A DNA stretch of 64,000 nt from Deltaproteobacteria bacterium. Lineage in GTDB: Bacteria; Myxococcota_A; Polyangia; Polyangiales; Houyiibacteriaceae. Below, piece by piece: positions 1-9,834 of this stretch. Positions within the stretch are counted from its first letter, which is position 1. The number at the start of each line of letters is the position of its first letter. Where the stretch lies: positions 32,001 to 96,000 of the forward strand of contig JAXMNT010000014.1 in assembly GCA_034670305.1 (NCBI GenBank), given 5' to 3'. The notes under the pieces were generated by a model. The model was given only the letters and a program-made list of their open reading frames with translations. It did not search any database and had not been told where the DNA came from. The position numbers and the translations under genes were made by a program.

Positions 1-35
1 AAGGGCAAGGGCAAAGGCAAGGGCACGGGCAAGGG
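1..35. repeat. (AAGGGC)n simple-repeat tract, same family as the arms at 9.5, 21.7 and 36.7 kb
   Basis: aagggcaagggcaaaggcaagggcacgggcaaggg at the window start. Confidence 0.85.
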
Positions 36-61
36 ACGGCCACCCGTGGCCGTGGAGTAGG

Positions 62-979
62 ATGCCGCCCGTGGACCCCGTGCCCTACCGCACCCGCTAT
101 GCGCCCTCCCCGACCGGCGCGATGCACCTTGGCCACGCGCGCACCGCGCTGGTCGCGTGGTTGCGGGCGCGGCAGGCGGGCGGACGCATCGTGATGCGGA
201 TCGAAGACCTCGATCCGCCCCGCGTCGTGGAAGGGAGCGCGGACTCGTTCCTGTTCGACCACGAGTGGCTCGGGCTCGACTGGGACGAAGGGCCGTTCTG
301 GCAATCGAAACGCTCCGCACGCTACGAAGCGGCGATCGAGGCGCTGGGCGATCGGGTGTTTCGATGCACCTGTTCACGCCGCGACATCCGAGAAGCGTCC
401 GACGCACCGCACGGAGAGATGCTGCGCTACCCAGGGACATGCCGCGACAAACCCGCCGGACACGAGGGCGATCGGCGGTTCGTGGCGCGCTTCCGCTCCG
501 AGGCGGCGCCGGCATTCAACGACGTCATCGCGGGGCCGTGCGAAGGGGCGGGCGACGATTTCGTGATGCGCCGCAAAGCGGGCATGTACGCGTACCAGCT
601 GGCGGTGGTCGTGGACGATCACGAGATGGGCGTGACCGAAATCGTGCGGGGCGACGATCTCCTGCCGAGCACGCCGCTGCAGATCGAACTCTTCGAAGCG
701 CTCGGTTGGCCGGTGCCGACGTTCGTGCACGTACCGCTGGTGCGCGGCGCCGATGGAGACCGACTGGCCAAGCGCCACCACGCGCCACCGGTCGCCGCGC
801 TGCGCGACGCCGGCTGGTCGCCGGAGCGGGTGCTCGCGGTGCTGGCCACTGGGCTCGTGCCCAACGTGGGGTCCGAGGTGTCGCTGGAAGTGCTCCGAGC
901 GCGCTTCTCGATCGACCAGGTCTCGCGGGACCCAGTGACGCTCGACGTGGACGCGCTCTTGTCGAGGGACAAGCCGTGA
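62..979 (+). CDS. gluQ: tRNA glutamyl-Q(34) synthetase (GluQRS)
   Basis: RYAPSPTGAMHLGH (HIGH-like), RIEDLD, CTC...YPGTC zinc region, YQLAVVVDD, RGDDLL, RLAKR; only ~300 aa with no anticodon domain. True start may be GTG at 71 (TAGGAT 7 nt upstream). Confidence 0.9.
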   Translation: MPPVDPVPYRTRYAPSPTGAMHLGHARTALVAWLRARQAGGRIVMRIEDLDPPRVVEGSADSFLFDHEWLGLDWDEGPFWQSKRSARYEAAIEALGDRVFRCTCSRRDIREASDAPHGEMLRYPGTCRDKPAGHEGDRRFVARFRSEAAPAFNDVIAGPCEGAGDDFVMRRKAGMYAYQLAVVVDDHEMGVTEIVRGDDLLPSTPLQIELFEALGWPVPTFVHVPLVRGADGDRLAKRHHAPPVAALRDAGWSPERVLAVLATGLVPNVGSEVSLEVLRARFSIDQVSRDPVTLDVDALLSRDKP

Positions 980-1494
980 CGCTCTCGGAGTACGAGGCCT
1001 GGCTGCAGAGCCGCGGCGTGCGCCTCATCGACAAGAAGGACAGCGGGTTCTCGAAGTTGCTCGACCGCCTGGTCCGCATCGTGACCTTCGGCGCGCAGAA
1101 GAACTTCATGACGCGGTACGCGACCACCATCGGCCGCACCGTCTACCTGCCGGACAACTGGCGCACCCGAAGCGAAGCGAGCCGCCACATCACCCTGCGC
1201 CACGAGGCGGTGCACGTCGCCCAGTTCGAACGCTACACGGTGGTCGGCGCGTCGCTGATCTACCTGCTCCCGTTCTTCCCACTCGGACTCGCGTACGGAC
1301 GCGCCCGGCTCGAGTGGGAAGCATACGCAGAGACCTTCCGCGCCACGGCCGAGCTCTGCGGTGAAGCGGCGGCCAAAGACCCAGCGTTGCGGGAACGGGT
1401 CGTGAAGCAGTTCACGACGGGCGCGTACGGATGGATGTGGCCGTTCCCAGGCCAGGTGAACGCGTGGATCGACGAAGTGCTCGAGGACCTGTAG
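976..1494 (+). CDS. hypothetical protein with HExxH (zincin-like) motif
   Basis: GTG overlaps the gluQ stop (GTGA); TLRHEAVHVAQF...RLEWEAY; 3' part of ORF 157..1494. Confidence 0.7.
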   Translation: MTLSEYEAWLQSRGVRLIDKKDSGFSKLLDRLVRIVTFGAQKNFMTRYATTIGRTVYLPDNWRTRSEASRHITLRHEAVHVAQFERYTVVGASLIYLLPFFPLGLAYGRARLEWEAYAETFRATAELCGEAAAKDPALRERVVKQFTTGAYGWMWPFPGQVNAWIDEVLEDL

Positions 1495-1500
1495 CGGGCT

Positions 1501-1598
1501 CCCGCTTCCGCTTCCGCTTCCACTTCCGCTTCCGCTTTCGCTTCCGCATCCGCTTCCGCTTCCGCTTCCGCGACCGCGTCCGCTTCCGCGACCGCGTC
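1501..1598. repeat. (CCGCTT)n hexamer tandem tract
   Basis: ~11 near-perfect CCGCTT units followed by ccgcgaccgcgt duplicates, between convergent genes. Confidence 0.9.
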
Positions 1599-1678
1599 AT
1601 CTCGAACCGAACGCGTCGCCGCCCAGCCGACGATGTACGCGGGCTGGGCGGTGAATCAGAGCGCTGCTGGGAGACGGG

Positions 1679-3160
1679 TTACGACATCCAGTTGGCGTCG
1701 GGCTGGAGCGACCACTTCGTCGTGATCTTCTTCTGCTGGCTCCAGAAGTCCACGCCGCCGGCACCGGTGATGTCGCCCTGACCGAACTTGGACGCTTTGG
1801 TTCCGCCGAACGGGAACGGCTCGCGCGGCACCGGGACGCCGATGTTCACGCCGACCATGCCGGTCGCCGCGTGTTCGGAGACGTAGCGGGCCACGTCGCC
1901 CCGCGTGGTGAAGACGCTCGCCGCGTTGCCGTACGGGGTCTTGCCCTGGAGCGCGAGCGCCTCGTCGAGCGTGTCGACGCGGACGATGGTCAAGATCGGT
2001 CCGAAGAGCTCCGTCGCCGCGCAGTCCATGTCCGGCGTCGCGTGGTCGAGGATCGACGGCGCGAGCCAGTAGCCGCCTTCGAACCCATCCGGCGCGGGCA
2101 CACCGCGGCCGTCGAGCACGAGCTTGGCTCCGTCGGCGACCGCCTTGTCGAGGTCCTGGCGCAGCCGGTCGTGCGCGCCCTTCTCGATGATGGCGCCCAT
2201 GTCGCGGCCGAGCTGCATCTGGCCGGCGCGCTCCACGATGGCGTCGATGAGGTGGTCCGCCTTGCCGACCGCGATCATCAGACTCGCCGCCATGCAGCGC
2301 TGTCCGGCGCAGCCGGTGAACGAACGGGTCACGCCGTCGACGGTGACGTCTTCGTCCGCGTCCGGCACCACGATGAGGTGGTTCTTCGCGCCGCCCAAAC
2401 ACAGCGCGCGCTTTCCTTCACCAGTGGCGCGCGCGTACACGGCTTTGGCGATGGTCGTCGAACCGACGAAGCCGATTGCGGCGACGTCCGGATGATCCAC
2501 CAGTGCTTCGACCGTCTCGCGGCCGCCGTTGACGATCGTGAAGACACCCGGCGGGTAGCCCGCTTCGATCATCAGCTTGCCCGAGTACTCCGCCGCGAGC
2601 GGCACCTTCTCGGAGGGCTTGAGGATGAACGCGTTGCCGATCGTGATCGCGATCGGGTAGAGCCACATCGGCACCATCGCGGGGAAGTTGAACGGCGTGA
2701 TGCCGGCCACGACACCGAGCGGCTCCCGGCGCACTTCGCAGGTCACGCCGCGGCTGACTTCGAGCACGCCGCCCTGGTCGAGGTTCTGAAGACTGAGCGC
2801 GTACTCGATGACCTCGACGCCCTTCATCACACCGGCGCGCGCTTCGTCCACGGTCTTGCCGCACTCGAGCGCCGCGAGCTGACTCAACTGTTCGATGTGT
2901 TCGAGCACGAGTTCGCGGAAGCGGAACAGCGTCTGGGTGCGCTCCTTGAGCGGGACGGCGCGCCACTTCACGGCCGCTTCCCGCGCTGCGGCAACCGCGG
3001 TGTCCACGTCCTGCTTCGAGCTCATCGGGACCGTGCCGACGACCTTGCCGGTGTACGGGCTGAAGATGTCCGCACGCTCTTTCGAGGTCGCGTCGCGCCA
3101 CTCTCCGGCGATCAGGTTCTTGCAGTCGATGGGCTTCTCGGGCAGCTGGACCAGGGTCAT
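1679..3160 (-). CDS. mmsA: CoA-acylating (methyl)malonate-semialdehyde dehydrogenase
   Basis: ALDH fold: GITPFNFPAMVPMW, KPSEKVP, FVGSTTIA, GGAKNH, AGQRCMA, VGVNIGVPVP, FGGTKASKFG; ATG at 3160 preceded by purine-rich GGAGAAGAAGAG. Confidence 0.9.
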   Translation of the reverse strand: MTLVQLPEKPIDCKNLIAGEWRDATSKERADIFSPYTGKVVGTVPMSSKQDVDTAVAAAREAAVKWRAVPLKERTQTLFRFRELVLEHIEQLSQLAALECGKTVDEARAGVMKGVEVIEYALSLQNLDQGGVLEVSRGVTCEVRREPLGVVAGITPFNFPAMVPMWLYPIAITIGNAFILKPSEKVPLAAEYSGKLMIEAGYPPGVFTIVNGGRETVEALVDHPDVAAIGFVGSTTIAKAVYARATGEGKRALCLGGAKNHLIVVPDADEDVTVDGVTRSFTGCAGQRCMAASLMIAVGKADHLIDAIVERAGQMQLGRDMGAIIEKGAHDRLRQDLDKAVADGAKLVLDGRGVPAPDGFEGGYWLAPSILDHATPDMDCAATELFGPILTIVRVDTLDEALALQGKTPYGNAASVFTTRGDVARYVSEHAATGMVGVNIGVPVPREPFPFGGTKASKFGQGDITGAGGVDFWSQQKKITTKWSLQPDANWMS

Positions 3161-3313
3161 CTCTTCTTCTCCACGTTCGGGCCCGTTCGGGCCTGGGGCA
3201 CGTCTCCACAATCGAGACGGCAAGCAATCCGGGAGCCTGCCACGCCGTCCGAACCCGCGCCAGACGAGCCAAGAGGCTTCTCTCGCAGCCTGCGGGCGCA
3301 TACCTTCCAGCCC

Positions 3314-3655
3314 ATGAAACGACTCGGCTTCGTTGCCCTCCTCAGCCTCGCCCTCTTCGGCTGCCAGTCCAAGACCGCTGGCTTGAACGTCCTGTGCCAG
3401 GCCCCGCTGACCTGTACCGAATGTGCGAACGCGGACCCGTCGATGCGGGCAACCCTGCTGGCCCGGCACATCGAAGACAACCTCTCCAATAGCGAGGTGA
3501 AGAACATGTTCGAAGCGCTCGCAAACGCGGACCCGGCATCCCGGGTGGAGCTCGTCCAGGTGGAGCTCGACGCCGCGGGCATCACGGAGTGTCCGATGCT
3601 CGACATGTGGGCACCGGTGCAGGTCGAGTTCGAGCTCCCCAGCCAACCGGAGTAG
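3314..3655 (+). CDS. small predicted lipoprotein
   Basis: MKRLGFVALLSLALFGC lipobox-like signal; CxxC; TACCTT 7 nt upstream. Confidence 0.7.
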   Translation: MKRLGFVALLSLALFGCQSKTAGLNVLCQAPLTCTECANADPSMRATLLARHIEDNLSNSEVKNMFEALANADPASRVELVQVELDAAGITECPMLDMWAPVQVEFELPSQPE

Positions 3656-3812
3656 ACGGGCCGCGTTCCACGCTGGGCGGGCTTTCGACCCGCGGCCTGT
3701 CCAGTTGTGATATCCCAGACGGCCCGGTGGAGGAACCTCCACCACCCAACCCCACGCGCTGGTCGCGGCCCCGTGCCCCATCCCGCGCGAGAGATTTCGC
3801 AGGAGCAGAGTT

Positions 3813-4685
3813 ATGTCGCGCAAGGTCATCGGAGGCCTGATTCAGTGTTCGAACGCGCTCAACGATCCCTCGGCCACGGTGCCGCAGATCCGCGACGCCA
3901 TGTTCGACAAACACATCCCGCTGATCGAAGAGGCCGGCAAGAAGGGCGTCCAGATCCTCGGGTTGCAAGAGATGTTCAACGGCCCCTACTTCTGTCCGAG
4001 CCAGGACGCGAAGTGGTGCGACATCGCCGAAGAGGTCCCCGGCCCCTCGTGTGAGCGGCTCGCCGAGTACGCGAAGAAGTACCAGATGGCCATGGTCATC
4101 CCGGTCTACGAACGCGCCATGGCAGGCGTCTACTACAACACCGCCGCCGTCATCGACGCGGACGGCACGTACCTCGGCAAGTACCGCAAGAACCACATCC
4201 CGCAGACCAACGGCTTCTGGGAGAAGTTCTTCTTCAAGCCGGGCAACCTCGGCTACCCCACCTTCCAGACCCGCTACGCGCGGATCGGCGTGTACATCTG
4301 CTACGACCGCCACTTCCCGGAGGGCGCGCGTCTGCTCGGCCTCAACGGCGCCGAGATCGTGTTCAACCCGTCGGCCACCGTCGCCGGTCTGAGCGAGTAC
4401 CTCTGGAAACTCGAGCAGCCCGCCCACGCGGTCGCGAACGGCTACTACGTCGCCGCGAGCAACCGGGTCGGCACCGAAGCGCCGTGGAACATCGGTGAGT
4501 TCTACGGGCAGAGCTACTTCGTCGACCCGCGCGGACAGATGCTCTCGGTCGGCAGCAAGACCGACGACGAGCTGGTCGTCGCGGAGATGGATCTCGACCT
4601 CATCGAAGAGGTCCGCCGCACCTGGCAGTTCTACCGCGACCGTCGGCCGGAGACCTACGACGACATGGTCGAACAGCTCCCCTGA
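3813..4685 (+). CDS. nitrilase-family beta-ureidopropionase (N-carbamoyl-beta-alanine amidohydrolase)
   Basis: Glu-Lys-Cys triad in LQEMF, YRKNHIP, ICYDRHFPE; adjacent to dihydropyrimidinase. Confidence 0.88.
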   Translation: MSRKVIGGLIQCSNALNDPSATVPQIRDAMFDKHIPLIEEAGKKGVQILGLQEMFNGPYFCPSQDAKWCDIAEEVPGPSCERLAEYAKKYQMAMVIPVYERAMAGVYYNTAAVIDADGTYLGKYRKNHIPQTNGFWEKFFFKPGNLGYPTFQTRYARIGVYICYDRHFPEGARLLGLNGAEIVFNPSATVAGLSEYLWKLEQPAHAVANGYYVAASNRVGTEAPWNIGEFYGQSYFVDPRGQMLSVGSKTDDELVVAEMDLDLIEEVRRTWQFYRDRRPETYDDMVEQLP

Positions 4686-4744
4686 GCTTCGAGCCATGAG
4701 CCGGCGCCGCGAGTCCCTCGCGGCGCCGTCTTCGCATCAGCAGA

Positions 4745-4834
4745 AACAGCGAAGCGAACAGCGAACGGCGAACAGCGAACAGCGAACAGCGAACAGCGAA
4801 CAGCGAACAGCGAACAGCGAACAGCGAACAGCGA
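4745..4834. repeat. (ACAGCGA)n heptamer tandem tract
   Basis: ~11 units of aacagcg ending just before the hydA start. Confidence 0.92.
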
Positions 4835-4844
4835 GGACGAGACA

Positions 4845-6272
4845 GTGGGAACGATTCTGATCAAGGGTGGCCGCGTCGTGACGGCGGTCGACGACTACTA
4901 CGCCGACGTCTTCATCGACGGCGAGCAGATCGCCGCCATCGGCAAAGACCTCTCCCACATGGGCGCGGACCAGGTCATCGACGCCAAGGACCGGCTGGTG
5001 CTGCCCGGCGGCATCGATCCCCACACCCACCTCGACATGCCCTTCGGCGGCACGACGAGCGCCGACGACTTCGAGAGCGGCACCATCGCCGCGGCCTTCG
5101 GCGGCACCACCACCGTCATCGACTTCGCGATCCAGAACAAAGGCGAGTCGACGATCAAGGGGCTCGACACCTGGCACGAGAAGGCCAGCGGCAAAGCCAC
5201 GATCGACTACGGCTTCCACATGATCATCACCGACATGCCGGACACCCGGCTCTCGGAGATGGGCAAACTCGCCGACGAAGGCGTCACCTCCTACAAGCTC
5301 TTCATGGCGTACCCCGGCGTGCTCTACGTCGACGACGGCACGCTCTACCGCGCCTTCCGCCAAGCCGGCGAGAACGACACCCGCATCTGCATGCACGCCG
5401 AGAACGGCATCGTCATCGACGAGATCGTCAAACACGCGGTGCTCGACGGAAAGACGGAACCGCGCTGGCACGCGAAGACCCGCCCGACCCGCATGGAAGC
5501 CGAAGGCGTGCACCGCGCGATCGCGATCGCCGAGGTCGCCGACGTGCCGCTCTACATCGTGCACCTGAGCTCCGCGGACGCACTCGACGAAGTGAAGCGC
5601 GGCCGCGCGCGCGGCGTCGACGTCATCGCCGAGACCTGCCCGCAGTACCTCTTCCTCGACGACACCTACTACGACCGCGTCGGTCCCGCCGGCTCGCCCC
5701 ACGACGGCAAGTTCGAAGGCGCCAAGTACGTCATGACGCCGGCGCTGCGCGAGAAGTGGAACCAGGACGTGCTCTGGCAGGGCCTGCAGTTCCGAGACCT
5801 CGAGACCATCGGCACCGACCACTGCCCCTTCTGTTTCAAGGAGCAGAAAGAGCTCGGCCTCGAGAGCTTCACCAAGATCCCGAACGGCGCCCCCGGCGTC
5901 GAGAACCGGATGTCGCTCGTCTACGACGGCGGCGTCGCCAAGGGCCGCATCTCGCTCAACCGCTTCGTCGAGCTCACCTCGACCGCGGCCGCGAAGGCGT
6001 TCGGCCTCTTCCCCCGCAAGGGCACCATCGCGGTCGGCTCCGACGCGGACATCGTGATCTTCGATCCCGAGCGCAAAGAGACCATCAGCGTGAACAACCC
6101 ACTCACGCACCACATGCGCGTCGACTACTCGACCTACGAAGGCTTCGAAGTCCAAGGCTTCACCGAGACCGTGCTCTCCCGCGGCCGCGTGATCGTCCGG
6201 AACCACAAGCTCGAGACGAAGGGCGGCGGCCAGTTCCTGAAGCGTGCGCATACCGGCGCGCTGCTCCGCTGA
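4845..6272 (+). CDS. hydA: dihydropyrimidinase
   Basis: PGGIDPHTHLD, SYKLFMAY (carboxylated Lys), MHAENG, IVHLSS, TDHCPF, IPNGAPGVE, GSDADIVIFDP. Confidence 0.93.
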   Translation: MGTILIKGGRVVTAVDDYYADVFIDGEQIAAIGKDLSHMGADQVIDAKDRLVLPGGIDPHTHLDMPFGGTTSADDFESGTIAAAFGGTTTVIDFAIQNKGESTIKGLDTWHEKASGKATIDYGFHMIITDMPDTRLSEMGKLADEGVTSYKLFMAYPGVLYVDDGTLYRAFRQAGENDTRICMHAENGIVIDEIVKHAVLDGKTEPRWHAKTRPTRMEAEGVHRAIAIAEVADVPLYIVHLSSADALDEVKRGRARGVDVIAETCPQYLFLDDTYYDRVGPAGSPHDGKFEGAKYVMTPALREKWNQDVLWQGLQFRDLETIGTDHCPFCFKEQKELGLESFTKIPNGAPGVENRMSLVYDGGVAKGRISLNRFVELTSTAAAKAFGLFPRKGTIAVGSDADIVIFDPERKETISVNNPLTHHMRVDYSTYEGFEVQGFTETVLSRGRVIVRNHKLETKGGGQFLKRAHTGALLR

Positions 6273-6290
6273 ACCCGAACGGGTTCAGCG

Positions 6291-6433
6291 GCCCTTGCCC
6301 CTGCCCTTGCCCCTGCCCTTGCCCTCGGTTCGGTAGCCGCTTCCGCTGACGAAAGCCGAAACCGAAGCCGAAGCCGAAACCGAAGCGGAAGCCGAAGCCG
6401 AAGCCGAAGCCGAAGCCGACCCCAAAGCCGACC
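6291..6433. repeat. (GCCCTT/GCCCCT)n tract followed by (GCCGAA)n tract
   Basis: gcccttgcccctgcccttgcccctgccctt at 6291-6324 and ~11 gccgaa-like units at 6351-6433. Confidence 0.85.
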
Positions 6434-6541
6434 CCGCCGTCCTGACGCCGTGTCCCAACTGCACGCAACGCGTGGACGAACTGACACCGGCAGCGATCCC
6501 CGCCGGCGCCAGTTCTCACCACGCCGCCGCGCGACGCCTGT

Positions 6542-6557
6542 TGGCACCGGACTTGCG
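6542..6557 (+). promoter_or_regulatory. putative sigma54 -24/-12 promoter
   Basis: TGGCAC-CGGAC-TTGCG matches TGGCAC-N5-TTGC; ATG at 6570 lies at the expected +1 region. Confidence 0.6.
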
Positions 6558-6569
6558 ATGGGCTGCGGC

Positions 6570-8099
6570 ATGGAAGCTCCGTTCGTTCAGCCCACCGCGC
6601 CCCTCGAACCCAGCGCACCCGACCACGAGGTCGCGCACGCCGCGCCAACCGACCACGCCGCGCCAACCGACCAGACGGCACCGCCCGATCGCTCGGCCAA
6701 ACGCGCGACCCCACAACCGGCCGCCGCAACGCGCGGTCGCACCGAAGCGCGCACCTGGGCGCAACTCCGGCATCGGTGGTTCGTCGAGTACGACCCGCTC
6801 CCGCTGATCTCCGCTGCGATGGTGCTCGGCGGGTTGTGGATCGCGTCGCGCGCGATCGCGGAGCACCCCGGCGACCTCGGTCTCTTCGGTTCCATCGGTG
6901 TCGGTTTGATCGCGGAGCTCTACGGGTTCGCGCTCGTCGCAGGCGCGGCGCTTTTGTGGCGTCGCAACCGAGGTCCGCACATGCGGCGCTCGGCGGTGAT
7001 CCTCGGGCTGCTCGCGGTCGTGTACGAACTCGATCCGATGTTCACCCTCGAGACCAACGTCTACCGCGGCACGATCGGCGCCGTGGCCAGCGGCGCCTGG
7101 TGGGTCCTCTTCGCCGCCAAACTCTCGCTGCTCTGTCGCGCGCTCCGAGTCCGGCTGCCGCGCAACGCCATGTGGCTGCTCTGGGGCGGCGCCGCTTGCG
7201 TGGCGCTGGTCCCGTTCCTCCTTCGCGCGCTCCCGGACGCGACCACCCGCGGCAGGCTGCTCGTCTGGGTCGTCGGCGGCCTGCTGCTCGGCGGGCGCTT
7301 CGTGAACCGGCGCCTCCAATCGCGGGCCTCGTTCGACCTGCGGGGCCGCCGCGCGGTGCTCGGGTGTTGGCTCATGTTCGGCGCGGCGCTCTTGGCGCAC
7401 GCGTGCTTCTGGGTCGCTCAGTTCCGGGTCGACGCGACCCCGCTGCTCGCGCTCGTTCCACTGCTCGCGATGACGTCCGTGCGCACCGAAGCCGGCTACT
7501 GGCCGACGTTGGTCGCCGCGGTCGCGATCGCTGCACTACTCGGCGCATTCGAACCGGCGGTCACGCTCGCTTCGGTCGCGACCTTCCTGATGGCCTGGCA
7601 GCGCCGGCTCGGCTCCTTCGAGCCGGAGGGCAACCCGTCTTCGCCCTACCGCGACCCGGGCTCGATGCGTGCGGTCTTCGTCGTCTCCCGCACCGCCCAC
7701 GGCCGCCTCTACTCGGCGTCCGCGTTGCTCGCGTACCTCGGCAGCGTGACCTCGTTCGGAACCACTTCGTACGCCACCGCCGCGGTGCTGTGCGCGCTCT
7801 TCGGCCTCACCGTCGCGCTCGTCCTGCTCGCCCGCGCCAAAAGCAACGCCTGGCTGGCCGCACCGCTGGCCCCCGTGTACCTGCACCTGCTGGTGGCAGT
7901 CGACGTGCTGCGACTCCCGGCAACTTCGCTGGAGTGGGGCGGCTTCGTCGTCGCCTCCGGCTTCGCGATGCTGGCCGCTTCGGTCGGCTTCCGATGGCGC
8001 TCCGAAGGCCATTCGGAGAGACAGGCCGTGCCGCCCCCCGACCCTCCACCGTTCCGTCGACCTAGGCCGCCAGTCTCGCAAACCGAGCCAGGCCCGTGA
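6570..8099 (+). CDS. multi-pass membrane protein of unknown function
   Basis: many hydrophobic segments, Pro/Ala-rich N-terminus; start chosen at ATG 6570 downstream of the sigma54 motif (ORF open from 6450). Confidence 0.75.
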   Translation: MEAPFVQPTAPLEPSAPDHEVAHAAPTDHAAPTDQTAPPDRSAKRATPQPAAATRGRTEARTWAQLRHRWFVEYDPLPLISAAMVLGGLWIASRAIAEHPGDLGLFGSIGVGLIAELYGFALVAGAALLWRRNRGPHMRRSAVILGLLAVVYELDPMFTLETNVYRGTIGAVASGAWWVLFAAKLSLLCRALRVRLPRNAMWLLWGGAACVALVPFLLRALPDATTRGRLLVWVVGGLLLGGRFVNRRLQSRASFDLRGRRAVLGCWLMFGAALLAHACFWVAQFRVDATPLLALVPLLAMTSVRTEAGYWPTLVAAVAIAALLGAFEPAVTLASVATFLMAWQRRLGSFEPEGNPSSPYRDPGSMRAVFVVSRTAHGRLYSASALLAYLGSVTSFGTTSYATAAVLCALFGLTVALVLLARAKSNAWLAAPLAPVYLHLLVAVDVLRLPATSLEWGGFVVASGFAMLAASVGFRWRSEGHSERQAVPPPDPPPFRRPRPPVSQTEPGP

Positions 8100-8152
8100 T
8101 GGCAGCAAACACCGTCGACGGGCCGCCGGGTTTGAGGCATCGTTGCCGCCTC

Positions 8153-9448
8153 ATGAACAGCGACGACGTCCGCAAGAAGCACAAAGAGTTTCTCTTCCCC
8201 TCCGTGGCCAACTTCTACGAAGAGTCGGTCGTGCTCTCGGAAGGGAGCGGGACCCGCCTGAAGGATCTCGACGGCAACGAGTACCTCGACTTCTTCGGCG
8301 GCATCCTCACGGTCTCGGTCGGGCACTGCAACCCGAAGGTGAACGACGCGGTCATCGCGCAGATGCAGCGCCTCGGACACGTCTCGACGCTCTACCCGAC
8401 GATCCCCATCGTCGAGCTCGCCGAGAAACTCGCGCGCATCACGCCCGGTCAGCTCCAGAAGTCGTTCTTCACCGCGAGCGGCACCGAAGCGGACGAGACC
8501 GCGGTGATGATGGCGCAGGTCGCGACCGGCAACACCGAGCTCGTCACGCTCCGCCACGGCTACTCCGGCCGCAGCGCGCTCGCCCAGGCGATGACCGCGC
8601 ACTCCGGCTACCGCGCGCTGCCCACCCAGATCGCCGCGATCAAACAAGCGCCCTCCCCCTACTGCTACCGCTGCCCCTTCAAGCTCGAGTACCCGAGCTG
8701 CGGCGTCGCGTGCGCCAAGGACATCGAAGAGCTCATCCAGACCACCACGGTCGGCCGCGTCGCCGGCATGCTCGCCGAACCGATCCAAGGCGTCGGCGGC
8801 TTCATCACGCCGCCGAAGGAGTACTTCGAGATCGCGGCCGAGATCGTGCGCCGCTACGGCGGCGTCTTCATCAGCGACGAAGTCCAGACCGGCTTCGGCC
8901 GCACCGGCACCATGTGGGGCATCGAGCAGTACGGCGTCGAGCCGGACATGATGACGATGGCCAAGGGCATCGCGAACGGCCTGCCGCTCGCGGCCTGCAT
9001 CGCGACCCCGATGATCGCCGACTCGTTCACCAAGGGCACCATCAGCACCTTCGGCGGCAACCCGCTCAGCACCGCCGCCGCCAACGCCGTCATCGACATC
9101 ATCGAAGAGGACGACCTCCTCCAGAACGCGGCCGACCGCGGCGTGGAACTCAACGCCGGCCTCAAGAAGCTCCAAGCCGCACACCCGAAGCTCATCGGCG
9201 ACGTCCGCGGCAAGGGGCTGATGCAAGCGATCGAGCTCGTCGTCGACGAGACCACCAAAGACCGCACCCCGAACCCCAAGGCCCAAGCGCGGCTGCTCGA
9301 AGAGACCAAGAAGCGCGGCCTCTTGATCGGCAAGGGCGGCCTCCACGGCAACGTCTGCCGCATCAGCCCCGCGTTGAACATCACCGCGGACGAGATCACC
9401 GAAGCGATGGGCATCCTCGAGGAAAGCTTCGCCGCGATGAAGGCGTAG
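8153..9448 (+). CDS. class III PLP aminotransferase, probable beta-alanine/beta-aminoisobutyrate aminotransferase (AGXT2/PydD-like)
   Basis: YLDFFGGILTVSVGHC, AEPIQGVGG, SDEVQTGFGRTG, TMAKGIANG, STFGGNP; pyrimidine-catabolism context. Confidence 0.88.
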   Translation: MNSDDVRKKHKEFLFPSVANFYEESVVLSEGSGTRLKDLDGNEYLDFFGGILTVSVGHCNPKVNDAVIAQMQRLGHVSTLYPTIPIVELAEKLARITPGQLQKSFFTASGTEADETAVMMAQVATGNTELVTLRHGYSGRSALAQAMTAHSGYRALPTQIAAIKQAPSPYCYRCPFKLEYPSCGVACAKDIEELIQTTTVGRVAGMLAEPIQGVGGFITPPKEYFEIAAEIVRRYGGVFISDEVQTGFGRTGTMWGIEQYGVEPDMMTMAKGIANGLPLAACIATPMIADSFTKGTISTFGGNPLSTAAANAVIDIIEEDDLLQNAADRGVELNAGLKKLQAAHPKLIGDVRGKGLMQAIELVVDETTKDRTPNPKAQARLLEETKKRGLLIGKGGLHGNVCRISPALNITADEITEAMGILEESFAAMKA

Positions 9449-9820
9449 CCGCCCGGGGCGGCTCCCTTGCCAGCGCCAAAGGCGCGATGCCCTTGCCCCT
9501 GCCCTTGCCCGCGTTGCGGTTCTGCGGTTCCGGAGACCAGAGCTTCTGGCGTCCCAAGAGTGTCACCTATGTCCCCGGTTCAGACCCAACCGCGGGCAAG
9601 GGCAAGGGCAAGGGTCGGCACGGGTCCGGCTCTGCGGTCCTGCAGCTCTGCGGTCCTGCAGCTCTGCGGTCCTGCAGCTCCCTTGCCAGCGCCAAAGGCG
9701 CGATGCCCTTGCCCCTGCCCTTGCCCGCGGTGCGGTCCTGCGGTCCTGCGGTCCTGCGGTCCTGCAGCTCTGCGGTCCAGCTCTGCGGTCTGCGGTCCTG
9801 CAGCTCCCCGGGTTCGAGAA
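9447..9820. repeat. composite intergenic repeat: hairpin, two identical 53-bp units, (GCCCTT)n/(AAGGGC)n inverted arms and (GGTCCTGC)-type tandem tract
   Basis: gctcccttgccagcgccaaaggcgcgatgcccttgcccctgcccttgcccgcg at 9461-9513 and 9677-9729; cgcgggcaagggcaagggcaaggg at ~9591-9614; ctgcggtcctgcag repeats. Confidence 0.88.
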
Positions 9821-9834
9821 GTACCGGTTCGTCA

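Noticed and set aside
1871-3313. Long antisense and alternative-frame ORFs (e.g. 1871..3655 N-part, 4737..6251, 8143..10806, 28226..30343)
   Set aside because: Shadow ORFs typical of high-GC DNA, overlapping well-supported genes and lacking motifs.
4745-4834. Possible CRISPR array
   Set aside because: Pure 7-nt tandem repeat with no unique spacers; no cas genes in the window.
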